Shown here piece after piece: positions 1 to 9,917 of a DNA stretch of 64,000 nt. The translations under genes and the position numbers were made by a program. A model generated the notes under the pieces. The model saw nothing but the letters and a program-made list of their open reading frames with translations. It was not told the DNA's origin and made no database searches. Each line of letters opens with the position of its first letter. Positions within the stretch are counted from its first letter, which is position 1. The stretch covers positions 19,231 through 83,230 of the forward strand of contig CAMDGG010000002.1 in NCBI GenBank assembly GCA_945898045.1. Direction: 5' to 3'. This DNA is from a bacterium UBP8_UBA817. GTDB lineage: Bacteria > Margulisbacteria > Marinamargulisbacteria > SXXA01 > SICP01.

Positions 1-2
1 TA

Positions 3-2309
3 GAACTAGGATATCAATTTGGAAAACTCGGCATTGCAATTGAAAAACGTTATCCAGAACCCAAAGAAACAGGCCGTATCCAATCTAGTTTTTACGGCAT
101 TATCAGCCCATGGAAAATCCCATTTAGACAAAATACACTTCCTCTCCAAGACTCTTTTCAACACTGTCAACTTTCTGGAGACAATTGGTTCGGAAGCACA
201 GCAATTCAACTCAAAATACTCCTCCTAATATTCGCGGGGAATCCTCTTCCTTCAATAGAAAAAGAATTTGAAAATCACAGAGAGCACATTTTAAACAACG
301 GATACTCGACGGCAAGCTTTTTAGCCTACGAAGAATTTATTTCTTTGCTAAAACATCCACAGCCCACTCCCTGGCAACAAATTTCTCGATACAAAGAAAA
401 CCTAAAAAAAAGTCTCACAGGATTAGGTGGCGTACTGACCTTTGAGTTAATGTTTAACTACCTACATCAGGATTTCAAAGCAGCTCAAAAAATTTCTGAT
501 TCTTCTAATGGCATCTTAAAGGAATCTGAAATAGTCATCATCTATCCAGAGTACTTACTATTTCAGGCATTAACCTATACACAAAAAACGTCCCTAACAA
601 TACTAGAGCGACACAGAATCAAAAAAACAATCAAGAAATTCGACATTTGGTCCCAAAGTTGCCCTGAAAATTTTCTATGCAAACACCTTCTCATCAAAGC
701 CGATTATCAGCGTATTAACAAACAACACAAAGAAGCGTTTGTAACGTACAATCAAGCCCTTTTAAAAGCCAAAGAATTCAGAAATCTTTATATTGAAGCC
801 ATCACCCATCAACGATTAGCAACATTCTATACAGAATTAAATTTACAACCGTACACGCTATACCACGCATCGCTTTCAAAAGAAAAATTCCAGAAATGGG
901 GTGCATCCACCATCGTCTTTTTACTCGAGACCCAATATCCAGAAATCAAATCCGAAATACAACACTACCCCTACACCTATACAGATACAAACGAAAACTC
1001 TCTCTTAAAACATATTGATATTGATGCATTTACAAAAGCCTCTCTAGCTTTATCACAAGAAATAGTCATAGAAATTCTTCTTGAAAAATTGGTCCCCATT
1101 CTCCTAGTCAATTCCGGAGCAGAAAAAACACACATCCTTCTTAAGAGCAATAACGAACTATTTTTAGAAGCGAGCGGCGATAGTACAACCAATATCCCGA
1201 CTACAAATTTACACATACCCCTCCAAGAAACTACTGATCTCCCACAAAAAATTATCAATTTTGTTTATAAAACAAAAAAACCTTTTATCACCGGCGATGT
1301 CATCGAAGAAGTAATGTTTTATACAGATTCCTACATCATAAACCATAATCCAAAATCTATTCTTTGCTTACCCATACTGAAACAGTCCCAAATTATAGGG
1401 GTACTTTACTTAGAAAATTCGCTTACTTTCAATGTCTTTACACAGGATCAAATTAAAACCCTCAACCTCCTAGCCTCCCAAGCCGCCATCTCCATCGAAA
1501 ACGCCATCCTATACAAAGAAAACCAAGACCTCATCCACAACCTAGAAACCCGCGTCGAAAAACAAGTAGAAGAAATCAAAACCGCCACAGAATTAGAACA
1601 AAAAAGCCGAGAAACCGCAGAAAAATTAGCCCAACAAACGGCCTTCTCTGATCTCACACGTGGTATCGCGCATGAAATCCGCAACCCCATGGGCATGATG
1701 CTCTCCAGCTCCGAACTCATCGTGGACAATCTCGACGACAAAACTGCCATGAGCCAGTACGCCTACATTATTAAAAGTAATATCATGCGCCTCACCAAAG
1801 TCACCAATACCATGCTCAGATACGGCGGAAAAATTAATGCCGACAAAACATCCGGTATCGTTACCGACATTATTAACGACATTTTGCTCGCGGCAAAAGC
1901 GGAGTGCAAAAACAAAGGTATCCATCTTACTAAACATCTTGAAAAAACCCCTGAGATCCCTATGGATCCCAATAGCATCAGCCAAGCCATTTTGAACATT
2001 TTGTTAAATGCCATCCAATCCATACCAACCGGAGGTGCGCTACACGTGGAAACATCCCTAGAAAACTTCACAAATCTTTTAGGCAAAGAAACCTCGGGTA
2101 TTAAAATTTATATTACGGATACCGGATGTGGCATACCCAAAGAAAACATGAGCAAGCTATTCGATCCTTTCTTCAGCACCAAATACGAAAACAGCGGACT
2201 AGGCCTGGCCATCGTTCAACGTACTATTTTCGAACACAACGGCACCATAGAAATCACTTCAGAACGAGACAAAGGCACACAAGTCACCGTCTATCTACCA
2301 ACACGCTAG
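3..2309 (+). CDS. Multidomain GAF sensor histidine kinase, C-terminal part of an HstK-like AAA/TPR-GAF-HisKA-HATPase protein; 5'-truncated by window
   Basis: Frame of ORF 345..2309 read manually is open back to nt 3 (ELGYQFGKLGIAIEKRY...). GAF (LCLPILKQSQIIGVLYLEN, AAISIENA), H-box IAHEIRNP, N-box NILLNAIQ, DTGCGI, FDPFFSTK, GLGLAI. Confidence 0.9.
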   Translation, partial: ELGYQFGKLGIAIEKRYPEPKETGRIQSSFYGIISPWKIPFRQNTLPLQDSFQHCQLSGDNWFGSTAIQLKILLLIFAGNPLPSIEKEFENHREHILNNGYSTASFLAYEEFISLLKHPQPTPWQQISRYKENLKKSLTGLGGVLTFELMFNYLHQDFKAAQKISDSSNGILKESEIVIIYPEYLLFQALTYTQKTSLTILERHRIKKTIKKFDIWSQSCPENFLCKHLLIKADYQRINKQHKEAFVTYNQALLKAKEFRNLYIEAITHQRLATFYTELNLQPYTLYHASLSKEKFQKWGASTIVFLLETQYPEIKSEIQHYPYTYTDTNENSLLKHIDIDAFTKASLALSQEIVIEILLEKLVPILLVNSGAEKTHILLKSNNELFLEASGDSTTNIPTTNLHIPLQETTDLPQKIINFVYKTKKPFITGDVIEEVMFYTDSYIINHNPKSILCLPILKQSQIIGVLYLENSLTFNVFTQDQIKTLNLLASQAAISIENAILYKENQDLIHNLETRVEKQVEEIKTATELEQKSRETAEKLAQQTAFSDLTRGIAHEIRNPMGMMLSSSELIVDNLDDKTAMSQYAYIIKSNIMRLTKVTNTMLRYGGKINADKTSGIVTDIINDILLAAKAECKNKGIHLTKHLEKTPEIPMDPNSISQAILNILLNAIQSIPTGGALHVETSLENFTNLLGKETSGIKIYITDTGCGIPKENMSKLFDPFFSTKYENSGLGLAIVQRTIFEHNGTIEITSERDKGTQVTVYLPTR

Positions 2310-2316
2310 AAAAAAG

Positions 2317-2333
2317 ACTACCCCGTCTCACCT
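2317..2333. repeat. Truncated left end of the REP-like element seen at 60874 and 61417
   Basis: ACTACCCCGTCTCACCT is identical (17/17) to 60874..60890. Confidence 0.6.
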
Positions 2334-2383
2334 GCGCCAAAACCACAGATTTCACGCCTAGTGATATACCGCTTTAAATATAG

Positions 2384-2439
2384 TTTAAACATGTTTAAAA
2401 TGATGTAATATAGGCACATATATGATACATATGTATCAT
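2384..2439. promoter_or_regulatory. Putative brnTA operator palindromes
   Basis: Perfect palindromes TTTAAACATGTTTAAA (2384-2399) and ATGATACATATGTATCAT (2422-2439, overlapping the toxin ATG). Confidence 0.65.
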
Positions 2440-2701
2440 GGAATTCGAATACAACCCCCAAAAGAGCTTAAGCAATAAACAAAAACATGGGATTAATTTT
2501 GAAGAATCTTTAGGTCTTTGGAATGATCCGCTTGTAATTGAAGTTCCTATCAATGGATTTGATGAGGCTAGATATATGGTAATTGGAAAACTTAACCATA
2601 AAACATGGTCGGCCATTATTACGTATCGCGGAGATAAGATCAGATTAATTTCAGTAAGACGATCAAGAGAAAATGAGGCGAATCATTATGAAAAAAATTA
2701 A
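2438..2701 (+). CDS. brnT: BrnT family type II toxin (RNase)
   Basis: MEFEYNPQKSLSNKQKHGINFEE...EARY...IRLISVRRSR, the BrnT signature. Confidence 0.92.
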   Translation: MEFEYNPQKSLSNKQKHGINFEESLGLWNDPLVIEVPINGFDEARYMVIGKLNHKTWSAIITYRGDKIRLISVRRSRENEANHYEKN

Positions 2702-2930
2702 AGCAACTGTTTTCGATAAAAAATTTGACGATAATGAAGACATTTCCGAGTATATCGATTGGTCTAAGGCAAAACGCATCAATGAAACCCCTATGAGAGT
2801 TGCTGTTGATTTTCCCAAATGGATGGTGGAATCAATGGATAGAGAGGCTAGTCACTTGGGACTCTCCCGTCAGGCTATTATTAAATTGTCTGTAGCGGAG
2901 CATATTAAAGAAAAAGTATCGCTAAGTTAG
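2688..2930 (+). CDS. brnA: BrnA/CopG-like (RHH) antitoxin
   Basis: FDKKFDDNEDISEYIDWSKA...RVAVDFPKWMVESMDREASHLGLSRQAIIK; overlaps brnT. ATG 2688 preferred over 2673. Confidence 0.85.
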   Translation: MKKIKATVFDKKFDDNEDISEYIDWSKAKRINETPMRVAVDFPKWMVESMDREASHLGLSRQAIIKLSVAEHIKEKVSLS

Positions 2931-2950
2931 TATGGTTTAACGTAGTTCAT

Positions 2951-3109
2951 TTATAATAAACCACAACTCCCAAACGATACGCAGGGGCTATCTCCGCACG
3001 GCCAGGAAATTCGTTGACCCAAAATCAGGACGTCTTCCTTGGCACCTGTCGCTTCTCCCTGAAACACAATAAATCAGAGACATATCAACAGACGAGATAA
3101 ACACTTCAT
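2951..3109 (-). pseudogene. Possible remnant of a secreted-protein gene with an in-frame TGA
   Basis: ATG overlaps the thiS stop (ATGA). Reads MKCLSRLLICL*FIVFQGEATGAKEDVLILGQRISW..., with a signal-peptide-like start. Confidence 0.25.
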
Positions 3110-3342
3110 ACCTTTGCACCTAAATAATTGCGAGATAAACCTCCCCCAACAAAATGAACAATTTCTAAACAATCCCCATCAAAAAGCATAACACCCTCAA
3201 ATGGAAACTGGCATATAACCCCGCCCTTCTCTACCACGACATGACGGCCATTAACCGATAACTGCGCCAAAACCGTTTCTACTGACACAGGCGCCTCAAA
3301 ATCAAACGTTTTAAGTTGACCATTCAAGGTCAGTGTCATCAT
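3106..3342 (-). CDS. thiS: ThiS-like sulfur carrier protein with a C-terminal extension
   Basis: LTLNG...VVVEKGG...LFDGDCLEIVHFVGGG followed by 10 extra residues. ATG 3342 overlaps the lepB stop (ATGA). Confidence 0.8.
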   Translation of the reverse strand: MMTLTLNGQLKTFDFEAPVSVETVLAQLSVNGRHVVVEKGGVICQFPFEGVMLFDGDCLEIVHFVGGGLSRNYLGAKV

Positions 3343-3914
3343 CGTAAAACTTGCATCCTCGAAAGCGGCCAAAACGTAAACAAAGCCTTGCCTAACAAAT
3401 GATCTTCAGGAACAAATCCCCAATAACGAGAATCCGACGAATTAGGTCGATTGTCGCCCATCATAAAATATTCACCTTCAGGCACACGAACCGGACCAAA
3501 CTGACTATAATCCCGTTGCACATTCACCCCAGGAAACGTCACATGTACGCCATTAGCAAACACCAAGCCATCCCGAATCTCTATCTCGTCTCCAGGAAGC
3601 CCCACACAGCGTTTTACGAAATCTTTATTATCGCCCTCTTTAACCGAACGAAACACCACAATTTCACCGCGTTTTGGCAGTGTGAAACGATAAATAAATT
3701 TATTCACAAAAAGACGATCCCCAATCTGCATTGTAGGGATCATAGACCCGCTAGGAATCAGCGACGTTTGAATGATATAGGTCTTAATCAAAAGCGCCAT
3801 CGCAAGTGCAACAAGCAAAGTCTCTGTTAAATCTACAAAGCCATGAACAAAGCTATTGCGGCTGCGAAGTGACTCTTTGTAAGCTTTCCAACGATTCAAT
3901 GAAGATATGATCAT
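3339..3914 (-). CDS. lepB: Signal peptidase I
   Basis: IPSGSMIPT (catalytic Ser), FVKRCVGLPGD (catalytic Lys), GDNRPNSSDSRYWG. Confidence 0.97.
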   Translation of the reverse strand: MIISSLNRWKAYKESLRSRNSFVHGFVDLTETLLVALAMALLIKTYIIQTSLIPSGSMIPTMQIGDRLFVNKFIYRFTLPKRGEIVVFRSVKEGDNKDFVKRCVGLPGDEIEIRDGLVFANGVHVTFPGVNVQRDYSQFGPVRVPEGEYFMMGDNRPNSSDSRYWGFVPEDHLLGKALFTFWPLSRMQVLR

Positions 3915-4028
3915 ATTAATTTCTAGAGTATCAAAAATAACACGGAACTGGCCAGTTCAGATTTACAAGTACATAAAAGTATAGTAAAAAAAGGGGACAT
4001 ATTTTTCACTGAACGGAGGAGTCTCAAC

Positions 4029-5033
4029 ATGGCAATAAAAGTAGCAATAAATGGTTTCGGTCGCATCGGACGCAATGTCTTTAAAATCATTCAAAACACA
4101 CCCGATATCGACGTCGTTGCAATCAACGATTTAACCGATCCCAAAACACTTGCACACCTCCTTAAATACGATTCAGTACACGGACGTTTTAACGGCACCG
4201 TAGAAGCCGGCGATAGCTGCCTCATCGTCAACGGAAAAACCATTCAAATTTCGGCCATCAGAGAACCCAAAAATTTACCGTGGGCAAAATACAACGTCGA
4301 TGTTGCAATCGAATCTACAGGTATCTTTACTGCAGCCACAAGTGACCGTGGCGGATATCTCGATCACATCGCAGCCGGTGCAAAAAAAGTCATTCTTACC
4401 GTCCCTGCAAAAGACGACATCACCACCATCGTTTTGGGCGTTAACCAACACAATATCGATAGCAAAATCAACGCCTACTCCAACGCCAGCTGTACCACAA
4501 ACTGCTTGGCTCCTATCGCCAAAGTATTGCAAGACAATTTCGGCATCGTCAAAGGCTTTATGAACACCATTCATGCTTACACAAATGACCAGAGCATTTT
4601 AGATCTTCCACACAGTGATTTGCGCCGAGCACGCGCAGCCGCACTTTCTATCATCCCAACCTCTACAGGTGCAGCGAAAGCAGTGTCACTGGTTATCCCA
4701 GAACTAAAAGGGAAACTAGACGGCATGTCTATGCGCGTCCCAACGCCAGACGGATCTGTTGTGGATCTGGTTTGCGAATTAAGCCAATCTGTTACTAAAG
4801 AACAAATCAATCAAGCGCTTAAAACCGCAGCAGAAGGTTCTATGAAAGGTATTCTTGCCTATACAGAAGACCCTATCGTTTCATGTGACATCATCGGAAA
4901 TCCACACTCTTCCATTATCGACGGATTATCCACCATGGTTATCGGAAATATGGTTAAAATTATCTCTTGGTATGACAACGAAATTGGTTATTCCAACCGC
5001 GTCGTAGACCTCATCAGTCACATCGCCAAATAA
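4029..5033 (+). CDS. gap: Glyceraldehyde-3-phosphate dehydrogenase (type I)
   Basis: [31 protein letters not shown] upstream. Confidence 0.99.
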   Translation: MAIKVAINGFGRIGRNVFKIIQNTPDIDVVAINDLTDPKTLAHLLKYDSVHGRFNGTVEAGDSCLIVNGKTIQISAIREPKNLPWAKYNVDVAIESTGIFTAATSDRGGYLDHIAAGAKKVILTVPAKDDITTIVLGVNQHNIDSKINAYSNASCTTNCLAPIAKVLQDNFGIVKGFMNTIHAYTNDQSILDLPHSDLRRARAAALSIIPTSTGAAKAVSLVIPELKGKLDGMSMRVPTPDGSVVDLVCELSQSVTKEQINQALKTAAEGSMKGILAYTEDPIVSCDIIGNPHSSIIDGLSTMVIGNMVKIISWYDNEIGYSNRVVDLISHIAK

Positions 5034-6256
5034 TGACACCCATCGCAACTGTGCAGCGCAAGAAAACGCTTCATGACATCCCCAGCGCAGAACTAGCGGG
5101 AAAACGGGTGGTTGTACGTGTCGATTTCAACGTCCCTATGAACGGGGCAGAAATCACCGATGACACCCGTATCAGAGCCGCACTTAAAACTATTCAGTAT
5201 CTCATTAAAAATCATGCAAAAATTATTCTACTCAGTCACCTAGGCCGTCCAAAAGGAACCGTTCAAGAATCACTTCGACTCACCCCTATCGCACGCCATC
5301 TCAGCACACTATTAAATCAGCGGATTTTAAAAAATGACGACTGCATTGGTCCCGAAGTAGAAGCGCCCATATCCCAGCTACAAAACGGTGAGGTTATTTT
5401 GCTAGAAAATACACGTTTTCATGTCGAAGAAACCGACAACAACCCAGAATTCGCAAAAAAACTCGCCCAACTCGGAGACTTATTTGTTAACGATGCCTTT
5501 GGCGTTTCTCATCGTGCAGACGCATCCATCAGCGGCATCACAAACTACCTGCCTGCCGTAGCAGGCTTCCTAGTTGAAGAAGAACTCAGCATTCTTACCA
5601 AAGTACTCAACACACCAGAACGCCCCCTAATTAGCATCATCGGGGGCGCAAAAATTTCCAGCAAATTTGGTGTCCTACAAAATATTTTAGGTCGCGTCGA
5701 CACACTCATTATCGGTGGCGGCATGAGCTTCACCTTACTCAAAGCCCAAGGCTATGAAATTGGAAAATCACTCTACGAACCAGACCTACTAGAAGCGGCT
5801 AAAACTTTCCTAGAAAATGCAAAAAAAAGCACTACAAAACTCATCTTGCCCCTAGACCATATAGTAGTCGCAACATTCGACAACAACGCACCACAACAAA
5901 CCGTAGACACAGAAAACATTCCAAAAGACCAAATGGGTGTAGACGTTGGCCCCAAAACAATCGCAGCCATAGAAGCTGAAATACAAACAGCCAAAACCAT
6001 CGTATGGAACGGTCCACTCGGCGTTTTTGAAATGGACAACTTCGCTCATGGCACCTTAGAAGTAGCCCACATGCTCGCAAAAAGTGACGCATTTACCCTC
6101 ATTGGCGGGGGGGACTCTGCGGCGGCAATTGCAAAAGCAAACGTGACCAATCAAATGAGCTATATTTCAACCGGTGGTGGTGCTACGCTAGAATTCTTAG
6201 AAGGCAAGCAACTCCCAGGCATCACCAGCCTTCAAAATTTGGAGAACCCAGAATGA
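5033..6256 (+). CDS. pgk: Phosphoglycerate kinase
   Basis: VRVDFNVP, SHLGRP, LLENTRF, WNGPLGVFE, GGGDS, STGGGA. Confidence 0.99.
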   Translation: MTPIATVQRKKTLHDIPSAELAGKRVVVRVDFNVPMNGAEITDDTRIRAALKTIQYLIKNHAKIILLSHLGRPKGTVQESLRLTPIARHLSTLLNQRILKNDDCIGPEVEAPISQLQNGEVILLENTRFHVEETDNNPEFAKKLAQLGDLFVNDAFGVSHRADASISGITNYLPAVAGFLVEEELSILTKVLNTPERPLISIIGGAKISSKFGVLQNILGRVDTLIIGGGMSFTLLKAQGYEIGKSLYEPDLLEAAKTFLENAKKSTTKLILPLDHIVVATFDNNAPQQTVDTENIPKDQMGVDVGPKTIAAIEAEIQTAKTIVWNGPLGVFEMDNFAHGTLEVAHMLAKSDAFTLIGGGDSAAAIAKANVTNQMSYISTGGGATLEFLEGKQLPGITSLQNLENPE

Positions 6257-6636
6257 AGCAACCTGAAAACGCACACTCCCTCTCCGAAGCCATCGAAAAT
6301 CTATCCCGCAAAAGACATGTTCTAAACGAAGACGCCATGAAAGCAGGGCAAGATCGTCAGCTCTCCGAAGGATCTTCACTACCAAACAAAAAAATCTCCG
6401 TTGTCGAAGAATTCAACCACAGCGTCCACTTGCTCACCAGTATTTTTAAAGAGTCCAATTTTGATGAATTGGCCATGTTTGTAGCGCATCCCGGACGCGT
6501 TCTCATCATCAATTTCTTTATTGGCATTCTCAGAGGCATTGGCTTTATGGTCGGCGTACTACTCGTCATCGTAGGACTAGCCTATCTTTTCCAAAACAAT
6601 TTACCCACCACCCTACTCCACATCATTCCCCGCTAA
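6253..6636 (+). CDS. DUF5665-like membrane protein
   Basis: C-terminal NFFIGILRGIGFMVG followed by a hydrophobic helix; coupled to pgk (ATGA). Confidence 0.6.
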   Translation: MKQPENAHSLSEAIENLSRKRHVLNEDAMKAGQDRQLSEGSSLPNKKISVVEEFNHSVHLLTSIFKESNFDELAMFVAHPGRVLIINFFIGILRGIGFMVGVLLVIVGLAYLFQNNLPTTLLHIIPR

Positions 6637-6639
6637 CCC

Positions 6640-7107
6640 ATGACAGCCCGACATCACCAAATCCTCATTGGAGTCCTCATCTTTTTGGACCAACTCTGCA
6701 AATTTATTGCCCAACGCACCCTCACGTTTTACACAGAAACCCCAGTACTCCCCGGCGTCTCTTTTATAAAAGTCTATAACTTTGGTGCAGCCTACGGAAT
6801 TCTGCAAAATTTCCAAGGCTTTTTAATTGGCATCAGCTTTATTGTCTTGCTCATGGGTTGGATATACCGACATCAATTGGTCAGTAGCCGCGTCGGTTAT
6901 ATAGGCCTTAGCATCATCGCATCCGGTGCCGTCGGAAACTTAATAGATCGTATCGTTAGAGGATACGTGGTAGATTTTATCGATATCCATATTATTCCAG
7001 TATTCAACCTTGCAGACCTTTTCATCAATATAGGAATTCTTTGTTTGGTTATCGATACCCTAAAGGCCTCTAAAAAAAATGACATACATACCCAGCCCCC
7101 CCAATAG
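6640..7107 (+). CDS. lspA: Lipoprotein signal peptidase II
   Basis: LDQLCK, NFGAAYG, GAVGNLIDR, VVDFI, FNLAD. Confidence 0.96.
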   Translation: MTARHHQILIGVLIFLDQLCKFIAQRTLTFYTETPVLPGVSFIKVYNFGAAYGILQNFQGFLIGISFIVLLMGWIYRHQLVSSRVGYIGLSIIASGAVGNLIDRIVRGYVVDFIDIHIIPVFNLADLFINIGILCLVIDTLKASKKNDIHTQPPQ

Positions 7108-7774
7108 CCTCCTAGATATTTTATATGAAGATGCGCACCTCCTCGTTCTCAACAAACCCGCAGGCGTACTAACCCATCCCACCCAATCCAAACACTGCAC
7201 CTCAGAGTCTCTCACCACACAGCTTCTGGCCTATACCACCACGCTGTCCACATTAAGTGGCGTAGATAGACCTGGCATTGTTCATAGACTGGACAAAGAC
7301 TCCGAGGGATTAATCCTAATCGCAAAAGATAATGAAACCCACGAAGCACTCAAAAAACAATTTCAAGACAAAGTCATTCAAAAACATTACTACGCCATGG
7401 TTCACGGCAGCCCCGCGGACGATGAATTCACCATTGACCTGCCCATTTCACGTCACCCCAGCAAACGCAGATCCCATGTTATTTCCAAAACAGACCCCAA
7501 ACGCCGCGAAGCCATTTCCCACATCCAAGTGCTCAAACGTTTCGGGACAAAAACACTCCTCGATGTCCAACCCGTAACCGGACGCACCCATCAAATACGC
7601 GTACACATGACCCATAAAGGCCACCCACTTATTGGCGATCCGGTCTATGGCAAAACAAAACAAGGCACAGGGCAATTATTACAATCTTACCAACTTTCAT
7701 TTACACATCCGCACACACACAAAACGTTACAATTTAAACTCCCCATGTCAGACCGGTTTTCTCGAAAAAAATAG
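7079..7774 (+). CDS. rluD: RluA/RluD family pseudouridine synthase (no S4 domain)
   Basis: LNKPAG, GIVHRLDKDSEGL, TGRTHQIRVH, GDPVYG; lspA-rluD adjacency. Confidence 0.9.
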   Translation: MTYIPSPPNSLLDILYEDAHLLVLNKPAGVLTHPTQSKHCTSESLTTQLLAYTTTLSTLSGVDRPGIVHRLDKDSEGLILIAKDNETHEALKKQFQDKVIQKHYYAMVHGSPADDEFTIDLPISRHPSKRRSHVISKTDPKRREAISHIQVLKRFGTKTLLDVQPVTGRTHQIRVHMTHKGHPLIGDPVYGKTKQGTGQLLQSYQLSFTHPHTHKTLQFKLPMSDRFSRKK

Positions 7775-7776
7775 TC

Positions 7777-8649
7777 ATGCCTGTTCTGAGACTTGTTCTT
7801 TTTCTTGTCTGTATAAGCTTTTCAAGTATCACGGCAGAACCCATCGTTTCTTTATCTAGCACAAACGTAAAGCCCGGCAGCACCATCAAAATACATCTTA
7901 AAAATCGCACGCCCCTACAAACCTGTATCCTCCAATTTGATCGCAAAAACCTCACCTTATTTCCAACAGATGCACGGAATGACCAATTCGATGGCTACAT
8001 CGGCATCCCTCGCTTTTTGACCCCAGGCACCTACACCCTCAGCGTCATCACACAAACACAGACATCGCTTCCTGAAAAAATAGAGATTCCAATCACCGTT
8101 CAGGATGGCAAATTTCCTTACAGCCATATCACGCTCATCGGAACCAAAAAAACACTGTTTGAAAAAGAAGACCTGCTTAGCAATGAAAGCAAACAAATTG
8201 AAAAAATCTTTAATACACTTACACCTAAACTCTATATTTCAGAGAGCTTTATAAAGCCCGCTCCCGGGAAAATAAGTACAGGATTTGGCGCTTATCGTAT
8301 CTATAACCAACAAAAAGAGACCCAACGTCATGCCGGAATTGACATTGTAAATAAAATAAACTGTCCCATAATGGCCAGCAATACCGGAAAAGTCGTCTTT
8401 GCCCAATCCCTTCAAACCCATGGAAATACCATCATTATCGATCACGGATGGGGAATACTCAGTATCTATAACCACCTCAACGCCATTCTTGTCAGTCCAA
8501 ACCAAACCGTAAAAGTAGGCGAAAGAATTGGTCTTATGGGATCCACAGGACTCTCAACCGGCACGCATGTACACTGGGGAATAAGTGTCCAAGGCACCCG
8601 CGTCGACCCTAGTCCATGGATAACTTCTACTGTACTCTATAACCCATGA
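7777..8649 (+). CDS. M23 family peptidoglycan endopeptidase
   Basis: Signal peptide; HAGID, YNHL, GSTGLSTGTHVHW. Confidence 0.92.
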   Translation: MPVLRLVLFLVCISFSSITAEPIVSLSSTNVKPGSTIKIHLKNRTPLQTCILQFDRKNLTLFPTDARNDQFDGYIGIPRFLTPGTYTLSVITQTQTSLPEKIEIPITVQDGKFPYSHITLIGTKKTLFEKEDLLSNESKQIEKIFNTLTPKLYISESFIKPAPGKISTGFGAYRIYNQQKETQRHAGIDIVNKINCPIMASNTGKVVFAQSLQTHGNTIIIDHGWGILSIYNHLNAILVSPNQTVKVGERIGLMGSTGLSTGTHVHWGISVQGTRVDPSPWITSTVLYNP

Positions 8650-9323
8650 GAACCCACGTCATAACCCTTCTGATTCTCTTACTAACGCCTCTAATCACAA
8701 CGGCAACACCCCTTACTTATACCGCTTTCGATAACAACCAACCCCAACACACTGTCATATTTACAATCACCAAAACAAACAACACTACTGAAATAAAAAC
8801 GCGTGTAACCGCAGAACATATCGAAGAAATCAACACGTGTATTCTGTCTTCTCAAAACGTCCTAATCAGTATTGATCAAAGCACACAGAATGATCCCGAT
8901 AAAGCCTATTTTTCTTGGAAGATCCTCCAGAAAAAAAATAATCTTTATGACGAAACCTACACCGAGGTAAAACGCCGCAGCGTCAAGGAAAGTACTGTAC
9001 AACTCCCTGCGAAAAGCTATCCCATTCAAGCACTACTCTATCTCTTTCAAGACATGCCCCTTGCAGAAAATTTCACCTACACATTCACCTTACTCAAACC
9101 CTACAAAGAAACCTACCCCATTATTTGCAAAGTCATCAGTAAAACAACCCTTAAAAAGGGGGAAGTGTTGATACCCTGCTACAAAATAGAGGCTACTATC
9201 AATAACTTCCTAAGCATATTTGTACCAAAATCTTATTTTTGGCTAACCGTTACAGAACCTCATATCCCCATTCAATACCAAGATAACCGGTTTGAATATA
9301 AACTACAGACCCCGATTTCTTAA
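8646..9323 (+). CDS. Hypothetical secreted protein
   Basis: 225-aa ORF with signal peptide; ATGA overlap with the M23 gene. Confidence 0.75.
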   Translation: MRTHVITLLILLLTPLITTATPLTYTAFDNNQPQHTVIFTITKTNNTTEIKTRVTAEHIEEINTCILSSQNVLISIDQSTQNDPDKAYFSWKILQKKNNLYDETYTEVKRRSVKESTVQLPAKSYPIQALLYLFQDMPLAENFTYTFTLLKPYKETYPIICKVISKTTLKKGEVLIPCYKIEATINNFLSIFVPKSYFWLTVTEPHIPIQYQDNRFEYKLQTPIS

Positions 9324-9914
9324 CCGATAACTTCGCAACAAATTATAAGGCGTCGATTCAAAATGCCGAAACAAATATTCAGACAAAGTCATCAAAGTAA
9401 GTAAGAATATAAAAAAGTTAATCGGCAAAGACAATAACGGCAACTCAAAATACCACAACACAAAAAACATCAAGATCACATGGCTAATCGTTGCCAACAA
9501 AAATGAATTAAGTCCTAATGCCAACAACCAAAACACAATCGGGCAAACCAAAAATAAAATAGGGAATAAAACCGAATAAATCCCCCAGATTAAAAACGTT
9601 AAATTAAATTTCCCTGGCCGCTCCAAAAAAGGTGACCACACATGCAACATGAGCATCACAATCAGGCCCGCTAAAACCCAATAAGATTCTCCAAAGAAAT
9701 AAAACCCAGCATACAAAACCCCCGCCCCTTTCAAAAAATCTAGCACATGACTCAAAACAAAAACCAACATGCGTGGCGAACAATACAACGTGTCCGATGC
9801 ATGATCCAACTTAGAAGACACCTGCCGACCCTGTGACCAAAGCCAAGGAAGCAACCTGCCAAATGGCATTAACCCAGCACAAGCAGTCCCCAGAAGATAC
9901 AAAAATTCTGTCAT
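9303..9914 (-). CDS. Divergent PlsY-like (G3P acyltransferase fold) membrane protein
   Basis: GLMPFG and LDFLKG match PlsY positions; very hydrophobic; the Gly-rich catalytic motifs are not recognisable. Confidence 0.55.
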   Translation of the reverse strand: MTEFLYLLGTACAGLMPFGRLLPWLWSQGRQVSSKLDHASDTLYCSPRMLVFVLSHVLDFLKGAGVLYAGFYFFGESYWVLAGLIVMLMLHVWSPFLERPGKFNLTFLIWGIYSVLFPILFLVCPIVFWLLALGLNSFLLATISHVILMFFVLWYFELPLLSLPINFFIFLLTLMTLSEYLFRHFESTPYNLLRSYRLRNRGL

Positions 9915-9917
9915 AGC

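Noticed and set aside
19..228. Separate ORF or frameshift upstream of the kinase
   Set aside because: The kinase frame itself is open from nt 3; ORF 19..228 is an alternative-frame shadow.
2950..3070. GC-richer segment as 6S RNA, TPP riboswitch or selenocysteine ORF
   Set aside because: No recognisable conserved motifs. It lies downstream, not upstream, of thiS. The TGA is in a signal-peptide-like stretch with no evident SECIS.
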